Positions 47,864 through 60,002 of a DNA stretch of 64,000 nucleotides are shown here, in pieces (the stretch's first letter is position 1; each line of letters opens with the position of its first letter). A program made the translations under genes and the position numbers. The stretch comes from Chlorokybus atmophyticus (taxonomy: Eukaryota > Plantae > Mesostigma and Chlorokybus algae), in assembly GCA_009103225.1 (NCBI GenBank), contig RHPI01002069.1:2070846-2134845 (forward strand), in the 5' to 3' direction. Under the pieces are notes generated by a model. It was not told the origin of the DNA, made no database searches, and was given only the letters and a program-made list of their open reading frames with translations.

Positions 47864-49001
47864 TTAACTGCTACATATATGGCACTGGTACATATGGCAC
47901 TGTCTACCAGCAAGTACACTACTGGTCAGAGTCGAGCGCAGAGTTGCTAAGGCACCAAGTGTGTTGCCTTTGTTGATGTGTCCGAGGGTGGACAAAGTCA
48001 GCCTGTGCTGGCAGGTCAGCGCATAGATGGCGAGGCCTTGTTGGCCTTGACATGTGTGTCAATACGAAGAGCAGCGGATAGTATAAAGGCACGGCTACCA
48101 CCTTGGTGGTAAGGAGTTACTGGCCTTGCATAGACTACTTGTGCGTGAGGTGCCTAATAAAGCTGTTGAAGAATGCTCGCCCCATCTACTCCCTTATGGG
48201 TTGTTGTTGCAAAATGTGTTGTAAGGTTTAATTACTTGTGCAGAAGTTTGTGACCCTATGAGCAGGTAAGTTGACAGGTCAACGTGACACGCTCAAATCA
48301 ATCATATATAACATTTTTATGTGTTTGTGTAATTGTTTTGCAGCATATTGGTGCAGCATGTACAAGAGCTACACTGTGTAATATCCAAACCATGCATGCC
48401 GCACATCATGCGTGTTGAATGAGGTTGAAAGTGCTCATGAAGTTGATTGCGTACAGTCAATTGCATATGCTTATGCTGTCATTGCATGTTGAATGTTGTT
48501 CTGTGTGAGCGCTATGTTGGGCACCTCGATCTTGTAATGCTTTTAAAGCAGATTACGCACAGTGTGCACAGCGAGTTCCCATGTGCATATAGCATGATAA
48601 AGTGATGCGCATGATATGTGTATATAATCTAAAAGCTGCCACAATAATATGGCTATGGTGGTTGTATCAATTTAATTGAAGGTTCAATTAATATGATACA
48701 ATTAAGCTATGCTATGAAGGGGGTTACGTAAGCGTCATTTGGAGCCACTTTTTCAACAAAAAAGCGAAAAAGAGCCAGATTGGAGCCACCAATCGTTAAG
48801 CTGATTGGGCTTGGCCGTGCAGATTTCTCATGAGAGAGCTTGCATCACGCTTCCCGCCGTGAGCAATGCGTGACGCACCGTTACGGTACGCCGTCACCGT
48901 CATCGCCGCCGCCGCCACCGTCGCCAACGACGACGACGACGACACCAACGGCGGCAAGGAACAAGCGACTGCCAAGTCGGATCGGATCAGTCCGGTAGCC
49001 G

Positions 49002-49959
49002 ATGGCCTCCAAGGCCAAGCCGGTGAGAAAGCAGCGACTGTGGTGTTGCTGTCGTCGCTGGTGGTAGTGGTGGTGGTGCTGTTTCTGTTGATATCGTCTG
49101 TCGTAGTTGTCATAGTCGTTCTTCATAGGCGGTCTTGGCTGCATGCTTGCATGACTTCAGTGCACAATGCATGCTGCTCCGAAGTATTGTGCCTGCTTGT
49201 GTTGGTGTTTGCCGCATACACACAGCACTCGGTATGCGATTAACGCTACAACATCAGCTTGTACACATTATGAGTCACGCATACTAGCATACACGCACAC
49301 ATATGCGAATAGAACCTCACTCTGCGCGGCTGCAGGCTGCCACAAAGACTGCAGCAGACTCCAAAGCAGATGCAGCGAAGCAGTTAGCTGCTGCCGCCGT
49401 GCGGTCGCAGGTAAGCATTGCTCTGTACATTATGCCGTGTGTTGCTGTTTGCTTGTGTTCTTCTGCACTTCTGCAGCAACACATGTGTATGCACAACTAG
49501 CGGTTGTGCAAGTGTGCCTTTATGTTCACAAGGCACACTTGCACGCCTGCTATCTGTGTAACCTACCTTTCGCAGAGCGCTTTGATCAAGGAACTCGAAG
49601 TAATCCTTTTAATTTTAACTTTGATCTTGACACCCGATGTGTCGCGTATCGTGGTGCACATGTATCAGCCGGTCGTGCCCCCACCTGTTTTGGGGGTTGA
49701 ACAACATGCACGCATGTGTAATGCTCGTTCAGACTTGTTAAGGTCATGCACACAGGGCAAGGGTGGAAATCTTCCCGAAGTCCTGAGCGTGTTCGAGTTT
49801 GGCATCGGCAGCGACGCGGTGAGCGGCGTGAACTTGGGTGGTTACTGCCCCGTGCCGAGGGCCGGCGCAGGCGAAGACGCCGCGGAGCCCTGCCAGTGGT
49901 CGCTACTGCCGCCCGCTCCCGCTGGAGACGATGCCCCGCACTTCCGCATCGTGTTCTAG
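49002..49959 (+). CDS. small conserved plant-type hypothetical protein (~107 aa, four exons)
   Basis: Phase-0 exons MASKAKP|AATKTAADSKADAAKQLAAAAVRSQ|SALIKELE|GKGGNLPEVLSVFEF...VNLGGYCPV...EPCQWSLLP...DAPHFRIVF*. The C-terminus resembles, from memory and unverified, small land-plant proteins ending LGGFCPV...PCRW...APQFRVVF. Confidence 0.7.
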
Positions 49960-50824
49960 ACAGACAGGGAGAAGCATGGAAGCAGCAGCATGGAATTGAG
50001 TGTAGGTGTGATTGGGATTGTGCGCTGAGAAAAAGAAAGCAGAAGCTGGTCAACTGTGCGTCTGGCTTTGGCTGATGCGTGTTGTTGACTTGCAGTTATG
50101 TTTACATCTGCAAATGCTTTCGCTTTGGCTGCGTGGTGTAATCAAGCCGTTATTTTGCTGCGCATTGGAACTTTGCGTGCATGGCAGCAAGGATGAACAT
50201 GTGTAAACTATGCAACTTTTGGACAAGCTTCGCAACAAGATGCCTAATGAGGCGTGTGAGGTTTAGGCATGGTCAGGCGGTTGCTGGACTTTTGGATGCC
50301 ATGTAATCTTAATGGACGAGTAAATGAGGGTTTGCAAATCAAGCAATGACACCAAGATGTGCACGATCTGGACAAGTTTGTGCATATGACACCAGCTGTG
50401 TGCACACAGGTGGCAACGCAAAGACGCAATGACAATGACAATGACAATGACACACGCCATAGCACATGCTGTGGCAAGCTGCTTCCAATGGCACCACCAT
50501 CATGTGCACCGCACACCACAATGCATGGTGTGCGCGTCCACGAAATCAATATGCTTTTATTATTTTGACTCAAGGGCAGCACATGCAGTGGCATGCGCAG
50601 TTCTCAACTACGCAGCTGACTGGCGCTAACAACTCAGGACACACACCGCACTTGGCATCGTCGCACATGGCTGGCGTGGTGCCACCCTCTCAGTACCTGT
50701 GTCGTGTAGTGTATAGCGTATGGTAATATGTCTAGTGCAGGGGGCTGAGAGCAATGCGCCTCGCATGGTAGGTTGTAGGCAAAAACGAATAATACTACTA
50801 GTGCAGACTGCCAGTGTGTGCTTG

Positions 50825-53130
50825 CTACAGAGCCACGGCAGTGGTGTTGCTGGTGTTTGCCGTGGCTGCAAGATGCTCGTGAAAAGCCAAGGCAGCTTCC
50901 GCATCGAGCTGCGATGAAGTGGTAGCTGCTGAGGACATGGCGCCCTGCAGCTGGCTTTGATGGGGTGTGACCGAAGCTGCTCGGTTGAGGAACGCGTGAT
51001 GCAACGGGTGCTGCCCATGGTACTGCAATAGGTCCGGGACAGGCTGGATGTGATCATGCCACTGCGTGTGTTGCTGATCGTGGTCGTGCGTAAAGTGTGT
51101 TGGCGTAGGGATGTAGTTTTGCCGCAATCCTGCCATCGGGCCAGCTCGCGAGGACAGCAAAGACTGTGTGGGTGCCACTCCTGCTGCTGCAACGGCTGCT
51201 GCATGGTCCTGAGTTGCTAGCGAGTTGGCAGATCGCAGCATCTGCAACGCATGCATGCGCAAGTCTGTATGCTGACTGTGCATGCCTGGGTCATGCTGCC
51301 GCAGCATGGCTGCGGGTGCCGCCAAAGCTATGTCTGTCAAACCTGGCTGCATGCAATCTGTGAGCTGCGGGAACACAATACAGGGAGAAGTCAGTCGCAT
51401 ATTGCATGCAGAAGAGGCTGATGGGTATTCAAACCAACGAGCGGTTACCTGCAACGTGGTGCTTGTTGTAGCATTGATGTTCTGCCATTGCAATCGTGAG
51501 GCAGACATCCCAGGGATGGATTGCATGCGCCGCAGGTCAGTGGTATGTGACCTTATATGGTCATCAGGCGAGCGAAGCTCGCTGACTAGCGTTGGGGAGT
51601 TGGAACCAGAAACCGAAGGATGTTTGTGTTGCTGGTGGTGATGGTGGTGATGGTGCAAACCTAGTGCAGGTGCTGGGACGCGCAGATCAAGCTGCGTGAC
51701 CGGTGCTGTCTCCTTCACTAAGGTCAGCTCACTAACGCCGCTCTTCTCCAGCCTCATGTTGTAGAGTATGCCTTTGAACGTCTCGCCTTGCACCTTAACA
51801 ACAGCGTGGTAACCGAAATCGTATGGGCCCTCACCATTTACCTTGATCTCCAACAACTTCTGCAATGCCTCCATTGAGATCTGGGAAGCAGGCGGCAGCG
51901 CGATGCCTGCAATTCCACAGGTCAAATTACAACCGCATACTACCCCCACGTGGTCAATGGCGTGACAGCCTTATACCGCTTGTTCCGGACCACATACACA
52001 CTGACCAAGCATGCTCAGTCTATCACAGTAATCTGCTGAAATGCGTGTGGCTGGTTACACGATGCAAGTACCTGCGACATCTGAGGTGCGTGCAATCAAC
52101 TCAACGACAGGTTTTTCTTGGGATGCTGGCGTCCGCCTCCCTCCTCCTCCTCCCTTTGTCCTCGCTACTTTGGCTGGCGGCTCGCCTCCAGAGCTCTCAC
52201 TGAGCATGGCCGCAGCCGCCTGCCGCTCTCGCCGCTTTGCAGCAGGTACCCATGTGCTCTTTATATGCGACTCGCATGTGTAGCCGCGGCTATTGCAACA
52301 TGTACGGCATCGATGATACGAACAATCCTTCTTTGCCTGCACATATGCACGGTGAGCAAGCTTGCGACTATTACCCATCAAACATGCACGCAAACCAGCA
52401 AACGGACATCAATCTTATAGTAACATCGATAACAGGAAGCATACTTGCTGCCTCATGCTGATTGGAGCATGATGTACTGGTTGTCTACAAGGACGTACAT
52501 CTTATCGTGCAACTGCCCAGACTGCGTGCTGCGATAAGGAGCAGCGGGAACTTGAGCTAACGCACGAAAGAAACAGTCGACACAGCCAAACACGCGAAAG
52601 ACTTAGCCTAGCCACCAGCACTACCATTTCCCCTGGCAGGCTCGCGCAGCTGCTACCAAGTCTCAGCGCTTGTTCAAGCTGCACTGTATGGTTGTTGTGC
52701 ATTATAACGCCCCAAGTACTGGTGACACTACGTGGCCCTGTACCAGGCCATTGCTTGCACACAACCGGCCAGAATGGAGGGGCAGGACATGCAATTCCAT
52801 GCTGCCCTGTTCGTGGCGCCAGCGACGGCGTGCTACTTACGGCAATGGTACTCAGCCTGCGATTGGCCACGCCCTATGGCCAAGGCAAGCCGTAGGAGCT
52901 AGCGACGCAAAAGCAATGTAGTAGCAGGAAAACCGTAGTTGAGCATCCTAGAGTGTACAAGCTGCTATCCTGCTGCCCACCTGATTGCCACACTCCTGGC
53001 ACGTACTGGTGCCGCCCTCCCGGCCTCGCCCGCTCTCAGCGCTGCCGGGCGGCGCTCCGCTGTGCAAGGGGCCGGTCGGCCCTGACGACGGCGCCGCCGA
53101 CTTAGCCGACGGCAGGTCGCCGCCTTCCAT
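50825..53130 (-). CDS. SRS: SHI/STY/LRP1-related (SRS) RING-like zinc finger transcription factor, multi-exon
   Basis: TCQECGNQ|[39 protein letters not shown] matches the SRS finger. [18 protein letters not shown] corresponds to the IGGH domain. Long His/Gln-rich C-terminal extension; 3' structure tentative. Confidence 0.9.
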
Positions 53131-56100
53131 GCGCACGTTGCCGGCCGGCGGCGGCGGCAGCAGCAGCCAAAAGCGCTGTCAGGAGAGCGGCCCCATGCCG
53201 TTGCGGCTCACTCAGCCGGGCCGGTCCCTCGCCCCCCAGCACGGCCGCCTCAGCCAGCTCCAGCTCCTCGGCCTCAACCACCCGAATGCCCACCTCGCCG
53301 CCCGCACCGCCCGCACCACCACCACCACCGCCGCCGCCCGTGACCTCGCCCCCGCCGCCCCGTGGCCCGCCGCCCGCTTCCCGCCCAGCCGCTGCGCGTC
53401 GCTACTACTCACTCTCTGTGTCTCACTTCACAGTATGTGGACTTTGCCACCAGGTCCCCTACTACATGCACACTGTAACTTACCGTAGGTACCTAGGGAT
53501 CTATCATGTGAACCTTTGTTCCACTGTGTGTGTGCCCGTCCTGCTAGCGCTCTGCTGTCTGTGTCCTTTTTCCACCTCTTCATTAGTGTTGAGGGTCCTT
53601 ATTGAGCGCCGTCGTGTACGCCGTGTAGTGCACTGCATCAATGGTGCCTTTGGCTGTCGCCCATGATAAGGGACTATCACGCCGCACAGCGGACATTGAA
53701 GGGCACACGCGTGGTGCGTGTGCGACACACCATGCGTGGATGCCGCGCCGACTTTTGTCATGGACGCATGTCGTAAGTTTGCTTGCCACTGTGCATGCCG
53801 CGGCGCGCATATTGGTATGCAGAGGACTTTTCCGACGATTGCTTCGGTCATGCATTACCCTTATTAACAATGCAGTGTTTAACACTGCAGAATTTGCAGC
53901 AAACAGCACAAATGGCTTGCAAGTCGCATCTGAGTAGATGCCGGCAGTGCATTGTGTGGTGTTGCTGCAAAAAACGTAGGTACACGCGGGCTTCTCCGTA
54001 CAACATTCCTCTGCACGCGCAAAACTCGTCAAGTAACCAGAAGTGAGTTCCATTGTCAGTCGGCGTTTGTCGTCCACAATATAGCACCGACGACGTGTTG
54101 ACAGCATGTCGATGGCGGCTGCGGCAAATAGGCAGCAGATAGATAGAATGGCTGCTTGTCATCCACTGCCGGGAATTGCCGGTAGTGTCGGCGGGACTGC
54201 AGGGTGGTTGCTGAACGGAGCGTTTAACCCAAGCACTTAACCTGGTAGAGATTACCTTATCAATGAAGTTGGAGCAAATTTTGGCAGTCAAGTTGCGACC
54301 CTGCCAAGGGAACAAATATCCCATGCCGTCAACAAGGACAAACCAATCACTGCGCATGATGCATGGCTCCAAGCGGCGGCTACAGTTATCGACAAAGACG
54401 CCAGTGCGTAGGCGACGTGATCGGTCACCAACACGAAATGAGCCAGGTGAACGGCTCGTACCGCAGCCACGGGCTCGGCTACAGGTTCGCTTTCTAAGAA
54501 CCTGTCGTGAATTGTAGGCCTAGAGTCAGTGTGTTCTACCAAGGGTAGGGGTGCCATATTTGGCCGTTTGCCTATGGTAGCTGTATGTACAATGTAGTTT
54601 ATACATAGCTCGTGAATGCAAGTGCATGCGGCGGTGGCATTTATGAGGAGCTTGTACTCAGCAAGGGCTACTCAATAATCAAAAACGGTTACGGTATTAT
54701 AGCCATCCGGGCATGCTTCCATAGAATTTTGAAGTGTACTATGAACAACATTTTTTATAACATCGCGCCATTAGAATGAGCATATCTCACGCTCGTGAAA
54801 AATTGGATTAAAGTTTTAAGGATGTTAACAGTTATACAACAAGAACCAGTTATTAAGATTCTTTTGTCCGAATTGGCGTTATTGGAATATAAAAAGGCTG
54901 TGCATTTGAGTTGGCCAAATCGACAAACAGTCTAATATGACTTTTTATTACATTAATCTTGGCACGCGTTACATTTTTTAACACTGCACGAGAAAAGCAA
55001 ATACATCCCCGCATAGCTTACAGTCAGTGCTGCAAGTATGAACTTTGTTGTTAAATCATAAGCAGAGCGTCCACGCGAAGCTAATACCATGTAACCCAAT
55101 TAACATTTAAAATAAAGCACTTTGGTAGGTCTGTAAAATTCGAATGGCACGCGTATTGCAATGCTCAATCAACATCGCAACTTATGCGGATGCTTATGTC
55201 TGCTAGGTAGACTATGCTAATCATGCGCACAATCATGTCAATGCTGTAAGTAAGAAATAATTGTGTGAGCCAGGCCAGTTAAGCCGATGGCCAACACGCA
55301 GCAAAACACATGTAAATTTTATTGTATAGTATTTCTCATTATTCAACATTTTAATAATTTGTGTGTCCGGTAAACATACTGGGAAACAAGTCAACATTGT
55401 TTTTAGCATTGTTGCAGCTTTGCACATGTATATATGCGTCTTTTTCAGCTTAATGCGCATTGAAGGGCTAGCTAGATAGGGCTGCATTGCATGGCATTTC
55501 CTTTTCATAAAGATGTGACACATAAGTGGTAGGAGCTGATTAGCCGACGCCAATACAGTGTGACAGCATCATCATCCGCAGATGATTACGCCAGGGGCTG
55601 TACATGCACGGGCGCTCGTTTGCTTCATTATCACAACTGACTGTGGCATATGGCAACATCATATAAGTAGTTCAAGACACGCACATGTACATCTTGCAAT
55701 ATTTTAATAGCAACAACCAAACATGCGGGTCAACACCAGTACAAGTTACAAACCGGGACGGAGCTCCATACCAACTAACTTCAATTTACTCAAATAAAGC
55801 TAGACCACTTGTATAAAGGGGGGGCTTAAGCTTACATGCAATATCATAAGCTTTAATGCAATGTTGCGATATCCAAATGGCTCAATTACATCAGCCATCA
55901 TTGCAAATTTTACACGGTGACTGACAAAGGACCAAAGAACTGACGGGTGCCTGAGCCTGCCTGCCGCTGCCTGAAATGTTACTTTTGAACTGTTGGGTTT
56001 GCCGTTGGCTTATGTGGACTGACGCAGTCGGCTGCGGGCCGAAAGTGGTTGTCAGTGGCACTGACCGGCCGAGAGTTGTCAACCAATTACCCTTTAATCG

Positions 56101-56381
56101 GTGTGCACAGACGGCCATTAGCCGATAGTTATGGACAGCTGAAAGCAATAGCTGGCGGTTTCCTTGCCGTCACATTGTACAGTGTAACGGTTACACTACT
56201 GTTAATATATAACCTTTACCGTTTAATAAAGTAGACAATTCTTGCCGTAAGCCAATACTAACATGCCATGCAGCTTGCACAAACCTTGGACTAATTGATT
56301 GGTCTTGCAACTATAAGCCCACAATATATATACAACATACCGGCGGTGGTGAGAGTATTGCTTGTCAACCCCGTGTCTACC

Positions 56382-57240
56382 TCAGAACTCCTCCTCAACC
56401 CCCTCCTCCTGTTCCTCCTCCGACAAGTCTTCTGCTTCAACATCGGAGTCATCTTCAACTGCTACCTCGCTCGCTGATAATACAGCGGCTACTTCGTTCT
56501 TCAGCTTGAACATCGGCACGTCGCCGTGCATGCGCATGCGCTTAATGGTCGCTTTCGGAGTGACCACCTGCATTTGGTAACGCTATGAGAGTGGCGTGCT
56601 GCCAGAGGACTAGCCCATAAGCATACACATGCCTACCTTGTCTTCCGCTTTGTCGCACTCCGCCAGGCAGACAATCAGCCTGCTGCGCTGCTGTTGGTTC
56701 TCTCTGACCAACATGGCAATCTGCAAGCATACTGCTTAATTGCCGCTGGAAACATTATACCAGGTCATGGATTACCCGTTCGTGGTACTCCACATCTTTT
56801 TTTTTGCGACTGGTGAGCTCCCGCAAGTGGAAATAGGCTGTGCATTTACGAGATTAATCATGCTGTTCAGATGCATGACACTGGAGGCTGTGCATGAGGG
56901 TGTGCATGTGGTATTGACCGTGTATGTTGTGTGCAAGATACGTGAGGCTGTACATGTGCAAGAAAAAAGAACCCTAGCATGTGGCATTGACAAAGCATTG
57001 TAACCCACCTTGGTTATGCCAGTCTTGTTTGGTCCCTTCAATCATATCGCCGTGGTCGCAGCTGCTGGTGGGTCGGATGTTCCTGGAGGCAGTACTGTGG
57101 TGTGCCTTTTCCCACTCTGAGGGGGAGCCCGGTAAGATATCGCCCAAGTCACTGTTGTCATTGGCTGTGCCCTTGACAGGCATGGTGGGGTTTGACACCC
57201 CACCGGCACCTTGCCCGCCCTGTGCGAAAATGGGCTTCAT
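56382..57240 (-). pseudogene. copy B of cargo gene 4
   Basis: VVTPKATIKRMRMHGD...EDDSDVEAEDLSEEEQEE and upstream exons homologous to 45660-46515. Confidence 0.6.
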
Positions 57241-57952
57241 CCCGAACCTCGCCCACTACGCCCCTGGCAGCGCCGCCAACAATCCACTCAATGCCACATA
57301 TCCTTGGCATCACTGCCCTATAAGGGCATAGCTTGGCGGAGCTATCAATAGTGTTTTCATGCGCAGGGAATGGCCTTGCCAACACTTGTCAATGGTACGA
57401 ACTGCCATTGCCATTGTACAAAGGTACCATCTCAATGGCACCTTTTGGCAGAGGCATCTTCGTACCATTTTAACGGTACAATCAGGCTATTTATGCAAAC
57501 TCACCCCTCCCTGGACGTACAATGGCTTGATTATTATGGTACGACGGAGCCTTCACGCCAGTGAATGGAGGCCAAGTTTCCCGCCGCTGGCATGCAAGGG
57601 TAGCGGCGGCGGCGGCGGCTGTGCGTGTTGCTGGATATGATAATGCAGGTTACATTGGCGCCACATGTGTCGACGCCAGTAGTGAGTTATGGGAGTCCTT
57701 TCTTCGTATTGCCACATGCGCTTCACCACACGCAGCTCGCTCTACATGCACATTGTTAGCAGGGTTTGCAAGCAAATCATGCTGTATGTTGGCCAGCGTC
57801 CATTACAATACGATGCGGGTCATGTTGAAACGGGGAGTTCCATCCAGGATGCGCACATGCTTGATGCTGGAGGACCCCTCTAGGAGACACACACACAGCA
57901 GCAACATGAGGAGGAGGAAGTGATAGAGGGCTTTCGATGTGTGCGTGTGCTT

Positions 57953-58132
57953 TGATAAGATTTGGACGCTATTGACGCTATTGATCATGCATAGAGTTGG
58001 TGCAAGCACAAGCACACACACTCTACCAGAGCATACACACAAGGCTGAAAAAAGCCTTTTTAAGGATTACAACAAAGTCACACCGCGGGCTAATATACCC
58101 CAAGCTGACCGGATACAAGATTATCCACAACA
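57953..58132. mobile_element. short (180 bp) copia-related solo LTR
   Basis: TG...CA termini with perfect TSD TGCTT (57948-52, 58133-37); absent from copy A. The end gctgaccggatacaagattatccacaaca resembles the copia-2 LTR end gctgaccggatatagaaatatcctcaaca. Confidence 0.85.
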
Positions 58133-59419
58133 TGCTTGAGAAACCTGTGGCCACTAACATGGAAGTAGAGGCGTCCCTTCGCACGCGTCGGTTTCCAGGT
58201 GGTATGGCTCGGAGCATGCTCTTGCAGTGGCATTCGTGCAATGCAACAACAATGGCCAAGGCCTGTCGGCCTCCGACAGGGGGCGGATCATCAAGTGCAT
58301 CCGAAATGCACACTTCCTGACGGAAGAGCTCCAGTGAGAGATCGGTGTGCATGTGGCCAGCTACCTCCGGACCACAATTGATTTCTCTCAGTGTGAGGTG
58401 TGTTCACGGTGTGCGGTGCATGTGCTTCAACCATCAGAGCCATGTCACATATGCACATGCGAGTGTGCTGCCGTATCAGACTTACGTGACGGCTGACATG
58501 CGCAAGCCTGGAGACCCTGAGGATCAGGACATGAGCGTCACATATATGCCGGCCAACGTCTGTGAAATGCAGTATCCAATGCAGTATCGATGCAGTATTT
58601 AATTTGAGGCCATCATGGATGTTAATGCTCTTGGTCGGAGCAGGTATGGCTCGCGCGGTTGTATGGCAATCCACTTGCCGCTAATGGTTTCAATCTCTGG
58701 TACAGTGGTGACGAGCACAGCTTTGGCCATCCTTCCACGGGTGATTGGTGGAAGGATGTTGAGGTGGATTTGAGGAGAGAGGTGGGGGAAGCGTCCGACT
58801 TTGCGCCTGCCATTCTGTACAGTGACAAGACCATGCTCGATAGCGCGGGCAAGCGCTCTGGCTACCCTCTGATGGCATCGCTTGCCGACTACAGTTGGGA
58901 CATGTATGCTAGCAACATGGGGGTTGTTATGATAGCGCTTCTGCCGGTGGTTCACGCAGTGGCCGGGCATCCCACCTGGGCGCAGGGTAAGGAATTGTTT
59001 TCCATTCGAAAACGTGAGATTTTCCATGACGCTTTGAATGTAGTGTTAGGGAATGTGAAGCGGGCGAGTTGGGAAGGTCTGCAGCTCATCGACCCAAATG
59101 GCATCGAGCGTCGTGTGTTTCCCGCACTTGCCAACTACATCTGACTTGCACGTAGTGGGCATGCATGGTTGTAACCAGGTGCAGCCTGCCGGCAAACAGC
59201 TCATGGAGGATGTTGTCAGTGGAGCATCTGAGTTTGTCGTGTTGCAGGAGACTGCCACACTCGCACGCACTGTGTTGGGCAACCAAACACGACACTCGTG
59301 CAATGTTTGTCTCGTTACGAAATTAGATCTGTTGGAGATAGATGAGGACGCAGAATTGGGATTCGAGACTTTCTACACACCAGCAATACGACAACTGTGG
59401 GCGGACCTGCATAGCGGTG

Positions 59420-60002
59420 GGCCCAGACAAGTTACTCCCCAAACACGGTTGATTATTCATAGCGACAGAGGGGGGCGGTTCCTAAGTGAAGAATTTACCC
59501 ATTTCTGTAAACAAATTGGGGTTAAACAAAGTGCAAGTGAAAAACCAATGAATGATTAAGTAATTGAGAGCTTGAATAATAGCGTTAAGATGCATATTAG
59601 ACTTAAAGTTGGGCCAACCCTTGACGCCAAAGCCTTCAAAGCGGGTACTGATACAGACCCCTTAAAGAACTTAGATAAATACCAGGTTAATAAAATCAGA
59701 GGGTTAATAAGCTTTGCTATTGATGCGCACAACAACGGTATATTTGAATTTCACCAGGAGCTATCCCCCTTTGAATTCGATAACGCGTTATTCGATTCTC
59801 AAATTAAAAGACCTTCTGTTAGTGCAACCAGAAACAATCAATCGAAGAATGCGCTCAAGATACAAGACTCTAGGAACCAAGTTACAGTCAACTATGCAAG
59901 CAACTGGGCTAGGTTCTTTGCTAATTGGCAAAAGAAGCACGACTTGAGAGAATTTGAACAGGCAAAAGAGAACGAGCGCTGCTGTACGAGCAAAATAGAA
60001 TG
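59420..60002 (+). pseudogene. AT-rich inserted fragment encoding part of an rve (IS3/IS481-like) integrase core
   Basis: LIIHSDRGGRFLSEEFTHFCKQIGVKQSAS...ND*VIESLNNSVK. About 39% GC counted over 59461-59820. Absent from copy A. Confidence 0.8.

Noticed and set aside
53500-55890. Possible gene or ncRNA between SRS and transposon copy B
   Set aside because: Only short motif-free ORFs and AT-rich sequence; no tRNA, snRNA or rRNA signature was recognised.
59555-59562. In-frame TAA in the integrase fragment as evidence of a TAA=Gln genetic code
   Set aside because: A single CAA-to-TAA transition in a dead fragment suffices; one codon is not evidence for recoding.
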